NCBI GenBank assembly: GCA_038046245.1
Contig: JBBSWO010000003.1
Coordinates: 13,879 to 77,878, forward strand
Length of the DNA stretch: 64,000 nt
Reading direction: 5' to 3'
Origin: Nanobdellota archaeon
GTDB taxonomy: Archaea > Nanobdellota > Nanobdellia > Pacearchaeales > GW2011-AR1
Shown here: positions 55,257-64,000 of the stretch, one piece after another
How the letters are laid out: the number at the start of each line of letters is the position of its first letter
Position numbering within the stretch: position 1 is the first letter of the stretch
Notes under the pieces: model-generated
Database searches by the model: none
The model's input: the letters and a program-made list of their open reading frames with translations, nothing else
What the model was told of the DNA's origin: nothing
Made by a program: the position numbers and the translations under genes

Positions 55257-55492
55257 TATTTTCCCTTTCTCCTATTCAGCTCTTTCACCAATTCTTCAAC
55301 ATCTTTTTTTGTCATGCCATGCACAGCTGCTCCCTGCTCGATTGTTTCATGAACAGACATTGGGCATCCAACACAACCAAATCCAACATCATAAAGTGTT
55401 TCCATTGCCTCCGGATTTTCCTCAATAAGATCTCCGATTTTCATGTCCGCAGTTATTTTTTTCTTGACTTTTGTAGTTTTTTTTGTTCTCAT
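55256..55492 (-). CDS. DUF1858-type small redox protein
   Basis: IGDLIEENPEAMETLYDVGFGCVGCPMSVHETIEQGAAVHGM matches the DUF1858 pattern. It overlaps both neighbours by 1-4 nt. Confidence 0.65.
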   Translation of the reverse strand: MRTKKTTKVKKKITADMKIGDLIEENPEAMETLYDVGFGCVGCPMSVHETIEQGAAVHGMTKKDVEELVKELNRRKGK

Positions 55493-56625
55493 TTCAGCAC
55501 CTTCCTCAACTTCTCAACGATTCTATTTAATTTTTCCAAGAAATAATCAACATCTTCTTTTGTTGTGTACTTGCTTATGCTTATTCTTATAGAGCCTGCT
55601 AGTTGTTTTTGATTTAATCCTATTGCCTTCAAGACATGGCTTGATTCTCCGGAATGTGAAGAGCACGCAGAGCCTGTTGAAACATATATTCCATCATTTT
55701 CTAAATATCCTCCCAAAGCCTCTCCATCTATGTTGCCGAATGAAACATTTACATTGTTGCAAAGCCTTTTTTCTTTCGGTCCGTTGAGGTTTGTGTTAGG
55801 AATTTTCAAGATTTTTTCCATTAAATAATTTCTTAACTCTGTCATATTTTTCACATCTTTTTGATTTGCAACTTCGACAGCCTTGGCAAACCCAACAATT
55901 CCAGAAACATTTTCTGTTCCTGACCTCAATTTTTTTTCGTGTCCTCCCCCATGTAATAAAGGATCAATCTTTATTCCTTCTCTTATGTACAAGGCCCCAA
56001 CTCCCTTTGGTCCGTGAATTTTGTGGGAATTTATTGTCATCAAATCAATATTCATTTTTTTCACATCAATTGGAACTTTCGTGAAACTCTGGCAAGCGTC
56101 TGTGTGAAATAAAACTCCCTTTGCCTTGCATATTTTTCCAATCTCTTCTATATTCTGTATAGTACCTATCTCATTGTTGCCATGAATTATTGAAACAAGG
56201 AAAGTCTTTGAAGTAATTGCTCTTTCAACGTCTTTAAGATTTACAAAACCCTCTTTATCAACATCTAAATAAGTCACTTGTGCGACATGTTTTTCAAGAT
56301 ATTTGCAGGTATTTAGCACACAGTCATGTTCTATTTTAGAAGTTATTATGTGTGTTTTGGAAGGATAGTTTGCATAGCTTAATCCCGTGATCGCAAAATT
56401 ATTGCTCTCTGTTCCTCCAGAAGTAAAAATAATCTCCGAAGGTTTTGCATTTATTGATTTGGCTATCACTCGCCTGGAATTTTCCAGAGCGTTTTTTGCT
56501 TCAACTCCAAAAGCGTGGACAGAAGAAGCGTTTCCATACTTCTCGCTAAAATAAGAAAGCATCTCTTTCAAAACTTTTTCGTCAACTTTTGTAGTTGCTG
56601 CGTTATCAAGATAAATTTGTTTCAT
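55489..56625 (-). CDS. nifS: cysteine desulfurase (NifS/IscS class V aminotransferase)
   Basis: PLP-lysine block INSHKIHGPKGVG and active-site loop STGSACSSHSGE; the N-terminus IYLDNAATT is typical. Confidence 0.9.
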   Translation of the reverse strand: MKQIYLDNAATTKVDEKVLKEMLSYFSEKYGNASSVHAFGVEAKNALENSRRVIAKSINAKPSEIIFTSGGTESNNFAITGLSYANYPSKTHIITSKIEHDCVLNTCKYLEKHVAQVTYLDVDKEGFVNLKDVERAITSKTFLVSIIHGNNEIGTIQNIEEIGKICKAKGVLFHTDACQSFTKVPIDVKKMNIDLMTINSHKIHGPKGVGALYIREGIKIDPLLHGGGHEKKLRSGTENVSGIVGFAKAVEVANQKDVKNMTELRNYLMEKILKIPNTNLNGPKEKRLCNNVNVSFGNIDGEALGGYLENDGIYVSTGSACSSHSGESSHVLKAIGLNQKQLAGSIRISISKYTTKEDVDYFLEKLNRIVEKLRKVLK

Positions 56626-56626
56626 T

Positions 56627-56959
56627 TTAGGCTAGCTTATGACTGACTTTTCCACACTTAGAACAAGGAGTTTTGCAAAAATTAGTGGAATGTTTGTTGA
56701 TTAAATCTAACATGGGCAATATTGTTTTTCTGTTCAAGAAATAAATCCTTTCTTTTCCTTTCTTTTTGGATTCAACAATATTGCAGCATCTTAACGCAGC
56801 CAAAGCATGAGAGAGCTTGCTCTGTTCAACTCCAAGTTCTTTATACAATTTAGTTACACTTTTCTCTTTGTCCCTTAAACTCAAGATTATATCAATCCTT
56901 AATGGGTTTGCAAGATTGCTGAAAAAGAAGTGATAAGCTCCATTGGCTGAATTACTCAT
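56627..56959 (-). CDS. ArsR-family wHTH regulator with C-terminal Cys cluster
   Basis: LANPLRIDIILSLRDKEKSVTKLYKELGVEQSKLSHALAALRCCNIV wHTH, and a C-terminal CKTPCSKCGK. It ends 1 nt before nifS starts. Confidence 0.7.
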   Translation of the reverse strand: MSNSANGAYHFFFSNLANPLRIDIILSLRDKEKSVTKLYKELGVEQSKLSHALAALRCCNIVESKKKGKERIYFLNRKTILPMLDLINKHSTNFCKTPCSKCGKVSHKLA

Positions 56960-56990
56960 ATGAAGCCATATTCATATATATTTATAAATG
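56956..56990 (-). promoter_or_regulatory. third TATA + TCATATGA-type module (arsR-nifS operon)
   Basis: The coding strand reads CATTTATAAATATA-TATGAATA-TGGCT-TCATATGA-GTAAT. The ATG start lies inside the proximal palindrome, the same geometry as at 53660-53667. Confidence 0.4.
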
Positions 56991-57005
56991 TTTGGATAAC
57001 AAAGC

Positions 57006-60000
57006 CTACGCAATCATTTTTCCCGTAAGAGAAGCCTTGTTTTCCCAGGATTCTGGTTGTTCGTTTTCATCCATAAATTGTTTGCACTCTTCTGCGTTCT
57101 TTGAATCTTCGCAGTATTCTGTGCATTCTTCTTCGCTCTGGCATCCTCCTGGTCCCTCTCTTCCCTCATCTTTCTTTTCACCGCCCCCCATGACTTTCTC
57201 AAAAAATTGTTTTGCAAAGAATTTTCCACTATTCTTTGCGCCTTCAGGGGTGACTTTTATAGAATTCATCAGGCTTGAAAACATGAAATACATTTTTGCA
57301 CCGTCGACAACGCCTTTTACCAGCCCGGTTTCCTGTCTTCTATCCCAAGGAGGGCTTTGAAGCTCGACTCTTCCGCTTTCTTCAAACTCAATTATGTCAA
57401 GCAGTTTGTTAACATCCAGCTCAACTTTAACATTTTCTGCAGGGTTTTGCTCAGGAGGCATTGGTTCAAAATAAATCAGATCATTTTCGTTTATTCTCAT
57501 GTAAACATTGAATGCAATTTCTCCGGTTTCAAAATCCTTCAGCTGAAGCACAAGATTCTCCCCGTATTTTTCATTGAGATTCCTTACCTCTTTCATAAAC
57601 TTATCATCACTCCTTAAATCCTGTTTTTGCTCTTCAGAAAGAGTGTCCATTTTTTCACCTTCTGGGCCAGGAAGCTCGTGATCCTCCATTGATTTTTGCA
57701 TCTCGAACTTGAAGAATTCTCTTGAAGGGAAAAGCCACGTCCTCATGTAAGGTGAAATAATTTCTTTTTGCTCTCCAAATTCATTTGTTGTTTTTATCTC
57801 TTCCCAAAATTCAACACTTCCATATTCTGTCTCGTACTTGAAATTTATCAGGTTGTAAGCAGGAAGCGAATTCTCATTCAAGCATCCAATCCTTTCTGTA
57901 ATCTGCCTAGACAAATCAACATCTCTCCAGTAAAGCTCGAATATACCTGAAATGTGTTCTTCCCATTTTTCAGCAGAATTTGCAACATATTTCTCAAAGA
58001 ACCATGCAGCGAACTCTTCATTTAATGATTTTTCAAGCTCTTTTCTCTGCTTTACTAAATTTTCAAGATCTTCCTTGCACCAGTCATTTCCTCCTTGAGA
58101 ATAATACTTGTTTTTTATTAGATGGAAATTGCTGAATTCATCATTTTGGTTTCCGGCCCATCCACCAAACCAGATAAATCCCTCTGTCTTTCCCTGCGCT
58201 TCTCTGCACGAACCACCGACGGTAAACACAAACCTTTCTTCCTTGTACTCTTCTTTTTCAGGCTCAACCCATGTATCTTCCCCTTTAAGGCATTTTCCAG
58301 AGCATTCTTCTGTGCACGAGCTGATATCATTTTCTTTGCATTTTGCCTCGCAGCTCACTCTTACTTCATCAACATTGCACTCCAGCTCCTCCCCGCAATC
58401 TTCTCTGATGCATTTTTCAACACACGGCCTTACTTCCCTGTCATAACACTCTCTGTCACATCTCTCGCCGCACTCATTTTCTCTTCTTTCTCTTTCATCT
58501 TCCCTTTGTCTGTCTCTGTCTTCATCTCTGTTTTGTTCTTCAGGCTGTGCAAAGTTTTCTTCTGGTCCCTGGACAGGAGGTTGCTCTCCCTGCTGTTGTT
58601 CGCTGCTAGGCTCACTGGCTGTATTTTCTCCAGGATTGCTCGTGCTTTCACTCGAGCCACTTGAACTGCTATCTGGGCTTCCGGAATTACTTCCACTGTC
58701 TCCAGAACCACTGCTTGCCTCATCTCCGACGGCAAATCCTGTTACTTTGGCAATTGACCTGAAAAAAGAGAAAATTACATTTCCTGTCACGCTGCTTTGC
58801 TCTCCACTGGCTTCTTGCGGCTCTGGTTCAGATTCCCGAGTTCCTTGTTGCTCCGATGCGGGCTCTGTTGTTTCCTCTGCATTAGTTTCTGGTTCTCTTG
58901 TTTGTTCTTCTTCAGTATTAGTTTCAGGCTCTTCCTGCACTTCAATTTCTCCCTCACTTTCTACCTCTTCAGCTTGAGGAATTGTGACACATCTTCTGTT
59001 GCTGCAGACATCATTTTCATTCCCACAATCACTGATTACAGAGCACTCATCCCCAACAACTTCTGCTTCTTCAACTTTTGCCTCTTCTGTTTCTGCAGCA
59101 CCTTCCTCACACTCAACACCAGTTTCTGCCCACAATCCATTGACACATCCTTCTACCACAATATCTTCTCCTGATGAACAATGGTTTATTTTTTCCTCGC
59201 CATCAACACACTCTGCTTCTCTGCATTCTGTTAACTCTGTGATTTGGCACACACCTTCTACACAAGACGCATTTCCACACAAAGGATTAGTGCAGTCATC
59301 ATCTGTTGTGCACGTTAAATTTTCAGCCAAACATACTGGCTCAAGCGGGCATCCGTCCTCGCCTGTCCCTGAAAATATGACATTGCCTGAACATTCTAAT
59401 GCATCATATTGGACGCAGGTTGCGCAGTCATCAGGGCAGGTTGTTTGCTCATTCTCCTCGCAAATATGGTTTCCGCAAACAGACACATTCACTTCATGAA
59501 CAATCTCCTCTTTTGCCTGGCATGTGCTTGCAATGCAGTACAATTCCACTTTTTCCTCTACTGTCTGGTTATTCTCATCAAGGCCTGTTCTAGTTTCATA
59601 TCCGCAGACTTTTCCTCCGCACTGCGAGTCACCACAATCTATCTGTTCGTTTTCATTGTCATCAACATTATTATTGCATATTTCCTCTCCTCTTTCCTTG
59701 AACTCTTCAACAAGCCTTTTTTCCCACTGCTCCTGTTCGTAATAAGATTCTTTCTTTTCATAGCTTGAGAACAACTCAATGTAGAAGTTTTTTCTTTCTT
59801 CATAATTTGCTTTTCTTAGTCTGGTTTCTTCCTGCCTTCTCTCTTGATCCTTTTTAATCCAGCAGTAGGTTTCTCCGCATTTCATTCTCTCCTCTTCAGA
59901 CATAGTGTTCCAGAAATCCTGGTATTTTTTGTCAAGAGTCTGCCAGACATTGTTTGACTGCTCGTTCCAGGCCTCTGTCAACATTCTCAGCTCATTGGAT

Positions 60001-60980
60001 TTTCTCATTGCTGATTCATAATTTCCAGAAGCTATCAGGCTTTTTATCTCTTCAATCATATCTTTAGTGCCTTGCTTGAAACTTTCTGTTGTGTAGCTGG
60101 AATATTTTTCCCTCGAGAAATCACCGTTTTCTTGATTTTCAGGCTGCTTGAATCCTTTCCCTCTTCCCTCGATCCACATGTTTAGGTTTATCCAGTTCCA
60201 CATGCAGTCATCACACATCTCAAACCTCATCATTGCATCAAAATTTTCTCCCTCGTAGAAATCAATCTCCCACATTATCAGGTTTTGGTTTTCTCTCTTG
60301 TTTTCAGAGCCAATGACTTCATTCATTAATTCTCTGCATTGTGAAGGATTTTGATTAAAGTATTTATTGAAGGCTTGCTCTATGCCCACAGTTTTGCTTG
60401 CAAGGTTTTCCAAAATTTCCTTGCTTGGGTTTTTGGAATATCCCTCGGCCAGAGTTTTTGCCTCTTCTATTTTTTCCTTTATATTAAGCTGCTCTTCAGG
60501 GCTTTTGAACCTTGTTTCAAGATTCAGCCTATAATACAAAACATCTTCATTATTTTTTGCAATAATACTTGGCCAAGCACCAAGCCATATCTGCATCTTC
60601 TTGCCGTCGAATATCAGTTTTCTCCATGCAGAGACTCCGTTTTCAACTTTTTTTTCATGACCATTGCCATTTCCTTCCTCAACCCAAACCCATCTTGTCG
60701 TCTCCGTGGGTTTTCCAAGGGCTTTTTCAAGCTGCTCTGTTTTTAGAACTGGATCGTGTTCCTGAAAACTAGCCCCCATTGCCTTAGAAAGGTCCTGCCT
60801 CAAAGAAGCTGTGTACACTATAAGCTGTGCATAATTTATATTCCCTGCTTCGTATTGTTCTGCCTGGTATGTTACTTTTTCAATTGAATCTTCTATTTCG
60901 CTGGCAGCAACAGGCTTGATTAAAATGGATATAGTTAAAAATAGAATTACAAAAAACAGAATCAAGCCCCTCTTTTTCAT
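57006..60980 (-). CDS. giant (1324 aa) secreted Cys-rich, highly acidic protein
   Basis: Signal peptide MKKRGLILFFVILFLTISILIKPVAASE. Two clusters of closely spaced Cys (for example CGNHICEENEQTTCPDDC, CTTDDDCTNPLCGNASCVEGVC, CGERCDRECYDREVRPCVEKC). These are separated by Glu/Ser/Thr/Pro low-complexity linkers. No C-terminal TM. Confidence 0.7.
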   Translation of the reverse strand: MKKRGLILFFVILFLTISILIKPVAASEIEDSIEKVTYQAEQYEAGNINYAQLIVYTASLRQDLSKAMGASFQEHDPVLKTEQLEKALGKPTETTRWVWVEEGNGNGHEKKVENGVSAWRKLIFDGKKMQIWLGAWPSIIAKNNEDVLYYRLNLETRFKSPEEQLNIKEKIEEAKTLAEGYSKNPSKEILENLASKTVGIEQAFNKYFNQNPSQCRELMNEVIGSENKRENQNLIMWEIDFYEGENFDAMMRFEMCDDCMWNWINLNMWIEGRGKGFKQPENQENGDFSREKYSSYTTESFKQGTKDMIEEIKSLIASGNYESAMRKSNELRMLTEAWNEQSNNVWQTLDKKYQDFWNTMSEEERMKCGETYCWIKKDQERRQEETRLRKANYEERKNFYIELFSSYEKKESYYEQEQWEKRLVEEFKERGEEICNNNVDDNENEQIDCGDSQCGGKVCGYETRTGLDENNQTVEEKVELYCIASTCQAKEEIVHEVNVSVCGNHICEENEQTTCPDDCATCVQYDALECSGNVIFSGTGEDGCPLEPVCLAENLTCTTDDDCTNPLCGNASCVEGVCQITELTECREAECVDGEEKINHCSSGEDIVVEGCVNGLWAETGVECEEGAAETEEAKVEEAEVVGDECSVISDCGNENDVCSNRRCVTIPQAEEVESEGEIEVQEEPETNTEEEQTREPETNAEETTEPASEQQGTRESEPEPQEASGEQSSVTGNVIFSFFRSIAKVTGFAVGDEASSGSGDSGSNSGSPDSSSSGSSESTSNPGENTASEPSSEQQQGEQPPVQGPEENFAQPEEQNRDEDRDRQREDERERRENECGERCDRECYDREVRPCVEKCIREDCGEELECNVDEVRVSCEAKCKENDISSCTEECSGKCLKGEDTWVEPEKEEYKEERFVFTVGGSCREAQGKTEGFIWFGGWAGNQNDEFSNFHLIKNKYYSQGGNDWCKEDLENLVKQRKELEKSLNEEFAAWFFEKYVANSAEKWEEHISGIFELYWRDVDLSRQITERIGCLNENSLPAYNLINFKYETEYGSVEFWEEIKTTNEFGEQKEIISPYMRTWLFPSREFFKFEMQKSMEDHELPGPEGEKMDTLSEEQKQDLRSDDKFMKEVRNLNEKYGENLVLQLKDFETGEIAFNVYMRINENDLIYFEPMPPEQNPAENVKVELDVNKLLDIIEFEESGRVELQSPPWDRRQETGLVKGVVDGAKMYFMFSSLMNSIKVTPEGAKNSGKFFAKQFFEKVMGGGEKKDEGREGPGGCQSEEECTEYCEDSKNAEECKQFMDENEQPESWENKASLTGKMIA

Positions 60981-61060
60981 TCCTTTACCGAGGAAACACT
61001 GGTATTTAAATTATATGATAATAACCTTAATAAATCCAACATCGTTGATAAAAACCCAAC

Positions 61061-63646
61061 ATGACACAAATCCTCGAAGCAAAACAAAGAAATGCAGAAG
61101 AAGTCAAAGAGATACTCCACCCTCTTGTAAAGGAATGGTTTTTCACAAAGTTTGAAGACTTATCTTTAACACAGAAATATGGAGTTTTGAATATTTGGGA
61201 AAGGAAAAATATTCTTATTTCAGCACCAACAGGAGGAACAAAAACCCTCACGGCTTTTCTTTCCATACTAAATTACCTTGTAATAAAAGCTGAAAAAGGA
61301 GAATTAGAAGACAAAATTTATGCAGTCTATGTCAGCCCTCTTAAAGCTCTCTCTAATGACATACAAAAAAACCTTGTTGAACCTTTAAACGAGATAAACG
61401 AACTGGCAAAATCAAAAGACATTAAACTTCAAAAAATAAGAGTTGCCCTGAGAACAGGAGATACAACTGCCTCAGAGAAATCAAAGATGTCGAAAACCTC
61501 CCCGCATATAATGATAACGACTCCGGAGTCTTTGGCAATAGTGCTCACATCAAAAAAGTTCGTTGAAAACCTTCATGATGTTGAGTTTTGCATTGTTGAC
61601 GAAATCCACGCTTTGGATAATAAAAGAGGAACATATCTAAGCTTGAGTTTGGAAAGACTTAACGAAGTTTCCAAAACATTTCCATCAAAAATAGGATTAA
61701 GTGCAACAATAGCTCCTTTGGAAGAGGTTGCAAAGTTTTTAGTTGGAATTTCTGATGACAGAAAAGTCCACATTGCAGAAGTCCCTTTGGACAAGAAAAT
61801 AGACATACAGGTCCTCACTCCTGTAAAAGACTTGGTTGAAGACGGAGAGGTTCACACAAAGATGTATTCTTTAATGTCAGATTTGATAAAAGAGCACAAA
61901 ACCACTTTGATTTTCACAAACACAAGATCGGCAACAGAAAGGGTTGTAAACTATCTTAAAGAGAAATTTCCAACAGAATATGGGGACGACAACATTGCAG
62001 CACATCATTCTTCTTTAAGCAAGATTCATAGGTTTGATATTGAAGAAAGATTGAGACAAGGAAAACTGAAAGTTGTTGTTTGTTCAACTTCTTTAGAATT
62101 GGGAATTGACATCGGTTATATTGACTTGGTAATAATGTTAGGCTCGCCAAAATCTTCTGCAAGGGCCTTACAAAGGCTTGGAAGATCAGGCCACAAACTC
62201 CACGATGTCGCAAAAGGAAACTTTATAGTTGTTGATAGAGATGACCTTGTTGAATGTGCCATAATACAGAAAGAGATGATTGAAAGGAAAATAAACAAAA
62301 TAAGATTCCCTAAAAACTGCCTTGATGTCTTGAGCCAGCAGATTTTCGGCATGGCCATATACAAAGTATGGAAAATAGATGAGTTGTTAAATGTAATAAG
62401 AAAAAGCTATTGTTATTCTGATTTGCCAAAAAATGATTTCCTTGACATTATAAGCTACCTTTCTGGAGAATATGACCTTGAAAAAAACTCTGTCTATGGA
62501 AAAGTTTGGTATGACAAAGATTCTGGAGAGGTAGGCAAGAGGGGAAAGATGGCAAGAGTTTTGTATATGACAAATCTTGGAACGATTCCTGACGAATCTT
62601 TCATAACAGTAAAACTTGCAGGAGGAAGCGATGAGCATATTGGAGTTATAGACGAAGGGTTCATGGAAAGGATGAAAAAAGGAGATGTTTTTGTTCTCGG
62701 AGGAAAAAAATATATCTATCAATACACAAAAGGAATGAATCTTTATGTAAGGGGAACAGTTGACAGGTCTCCCACAATTCCATCATGGTTTTCAGAGATG
62801 CTTCCTTTAAGTTTTGATTCTGCTTTGGAGATAAATGAGTTCAGAAAACTCATGAGAGAAAAACTTGGCTCAGACCAGCCAAAGTCAAAAATCGTACAAT
62901 TCATTAAATCTTATCTTTACCTTCCAGACCAGACAGCAGAGGCAATATACAATTATTTTTTAGAGCAGGCGAGTTTCCTTGAAATTCCTGACAGGAACAA
63001 TATTCTTATTGAAAAATTCATAGATAATGAGAAAAAATATCTTTTGTTCCATTCTCTTTTTGGAAGAAGGGTTAACGATGCCCTGTCAAGGGCAATGGCT
63101 TACATTATAGGATTTTTAGGTGGAAGAGATGTTGAAGTAGGAATAACTGACAATGGATTTTATCTTTCTGGTGGGAACATGCCTTTGAACAGGGCTCTCG
63201 CGGAACTTAAAGAAAAAGATTTGGAAAAAATACTGAAAGAGGCTTTGGATAAAACAGATGTTCTGGCTAGGCGTTTTCGCCATTGTGCAACACGTTCTTT
63301 GATGATATTAAGAAGTTACAAGGGCAGGAGAAAAACAGTGGGAAAACAGCAGATGAAATCACACTTCCTTTTAGCAGCAGTAAAGAAAATATCAAACGAA
63401 TTCCCCATACTGAGAGAAGCAAGAAGAGAAGTCTTGGAAGATTTGATGGATATTGAGAACACAAAGTTAGTTTTAAGGGAAATAGAGTCCGGCAAAATAA
63501 AAATAAAAGTCGTTGAAACTTCCCTCCCTTCTCCATTCGCATTAAATCTCATTTTGCAAGGCCATACTGACCTAATAAGGATTGAGGACAAGCAGGCATT
63601 CTTGCGAAGAATGCATGAACTGCATGTGAAGAAGTTATTGGGGTGA
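61061..63646 (+). CDS. lhr: Lhr-family ATP-dependent DNA helicase (superfamily 2)
   Basis: APTGGTKT (motif I), VDEIH (DExH), TSLELGIDIG, QRLGRSGH (motif VI), and a long C-terminal Lhr-type extension; 861 aa. Confidence 0.85.
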   Translation: MTQILEAKQRNAEEVKEILHPLVKEWFFTKFEDLSLTQKYGVLNIWERKNILISAPTGGTKTLTAFLSILNYLVIKAEKGELEDKIYAVYVSPLKALSNDIQKNLVEPLNEINELAKSKDIKLQKIRVALRTGDTTASEKSKMSKTSPHIMITTPESLAIVLTSKKFVENLHDVEFCIVDEIHALDNKRGTYLSLSLERLNEVSKTFPSKIGLSATIAPLEEVAKFLVGISDDRKVHIAEVPLDKKIDIQVLTPVKDLVEDGEVHTKMYSLMSDLIKEHKTTLIFTNTRSATERVVNYLKEKFPTEYGDDNIAAHHSSLSKIHRFDIEERLRQGKLKVVVCSTSLELGIDIGYIDLVIMLGSPKSSARALQRLGRSGHKLHDVAKGNFIVVDRDDLVECAIIQKEMIERKINKIRFPKNCLDVLSQQIFGMAIYKVWKIDELLNVIRKSYCYSDLPKNDFLDIISYLSGEYDLEKNSVYGKVWYDKDSGEVGKRGKMARVLYMTNLGTIPDESFITVKLAGGSDEHIGVIDEGFMERMKKGDVFVLGGKKYIYQYTKGMNLYVRGTVDRSPTIPSWFSEMLPLSFDSALEINEFRKLMREKLGSDQPKSKIVQFIKSYLYLPDQTAEAIYNYFLEQASFLEIPDRNNILIEKFIDNEKKYLLFHSLFGRRVNDALSRAMAYIIGFLGGRDVEVGITDNGFYLSGGNMPLNRALAELKEKDLEKILKEALDKTDVLARRFRHCATRSLMILRSYKGRRKTVGKQQMKSHFLLAAVKKISNEFPILREARREVLEDLMDIENTKLVLREIESGKIKIKVVETSLPSPFALNLILQGHTDLIRIEDKQAFLRRMHELHVKKLLG

Positions 63647-63667
63647 AGTGGAGAGAGCTTAATGATC

Positions 63668-63946
63668 TTAGATTAAACCCCATTTTCTTTCGAGAAAGCT
63701 TATTTCATCAAATAATTTCTTTTTTAAATCAAATTCTTTTTCTGCAAGTTCTATTTTTTGTTCTCTAGGCATAACTTTTCCAGGCTCATATCTTTTTTCT
63801 TCAACTTCTTTCTGCAATTTTTGGCTTAAATATGGCTTAATGCTTGCATAGAAAGAAGTTTCTTTGAATATATCTGGGTTAAACCGATTTTTGTTTATTA
63901 TTTCTTTACATCTACTTATTAATTCCTTTCTCCACCGGAGTTTCAT
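63668..63946 (-). CDS. hypothetical protein (92 aa)
   Basis: ATG ORF convergent with lhr; no family recognised. Confidence 0.35.
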   Translation of the reverse strand: MKLRWRKELISRCKEIINKNRFNPDIFKETSFYASIKPYLSQKLQKEVEEKRYEPGKVMPREQKIELAEKEFDLKKKLFDEISFLERKWGLI

Positions 63947-64000
63947 TTTTTTCTTTTCTACTCCCCATTTACTCCATGGTGCAACTAATGATGCAATAGT

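Noticed and set aside
57014-60772. Many ORFs on both strands overlapping the giant Cys-rich gene, including 171-180 aa ORFs at 58122-58664 and 58984-59499
   Set aside because: They fall in the compositionally biased (Glu/Ser/Thr-coding) part of one continuous 1324-codon frame that has a signal peptide. They translate to Ser/Phe/Leu low complexity. I treat them as frame shadows.
1-64000. CRISPR arrays, rRNA genes, transposases or integrases, and recognisable defence systems
   Set aside because: I noticed no regularly spaced direct repeats and no rRNA-like conserved stretches. None of the ORFs I annotated looks like a cas, transposase or integrase gene or a known defence enzyme. The only repeats found are the short ones reported above.

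Overview
Visibly AT-rich archaeal chromosome segment. The information-processing genes are archaeal: rpoH-rpoB-rpoA, nusA, rps12, rps7, EF-2, EF-1alpha, DnaG and RNase HII. Together with many small lineage-specific ORFs and several bacterial-type accessory genes (NrdR, a DnaA domain IV-like protein, DsbA, Tag, CopA/CopZ), this suggests a small-genome DPANN-like archaeon; that placement is inference only. The window holds four tRNAs and no rRNA, CRISPR array, transposase or integrase. It can be read in six blocks. (1) 1-17 kb is housekeeping and surface genes, including an SMC-like protein, pcm, nfo and dnaG. (2) 18-33 kb is the RNA polymerase / str superoperon, broken up by lineage-specific insertions. 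(3) 34-39.5 kb is a deoxynucleotide-metabolism cluster: nrdR-nrdJ, dCMP deaminase, thioredoxin and a possible DNA-hypermodification-type helical protein. (4) 42-48 kb is a four-gene secreted/surface cluster sharing a paralogous module. (5) 49-57 kb is a metal/redox island: copA-copZ, an arsR-led operon of Met/Gly-rich membrane proteins and cupredoxin-like proteins, DsbA, and an arsR-nifS-DUF1858-FNR operon. Three related TATA + twin TCATATGA promoter modules drive this island. (6) 57-64 kb is a 1324-aa Cys-rich acidic secreted protein and an Lhr helicase. Five observations stand out. A synonymously recoded duplicate of the last 13 codons of the SMC-like gene lies 30 nt downstream of it. That SMC-like protein carries a Rad50-style CPxC motif at the exact midpoint of its coiled coil. 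Unknown small ORFs are tightly coupled inside the rpoB/rpoA and rps12/rps7 junctions. The largest RNAP subunit is unsplit. The metal island shares one operator architecture. All family calls come from motif recognition by eye; no database searches were run.
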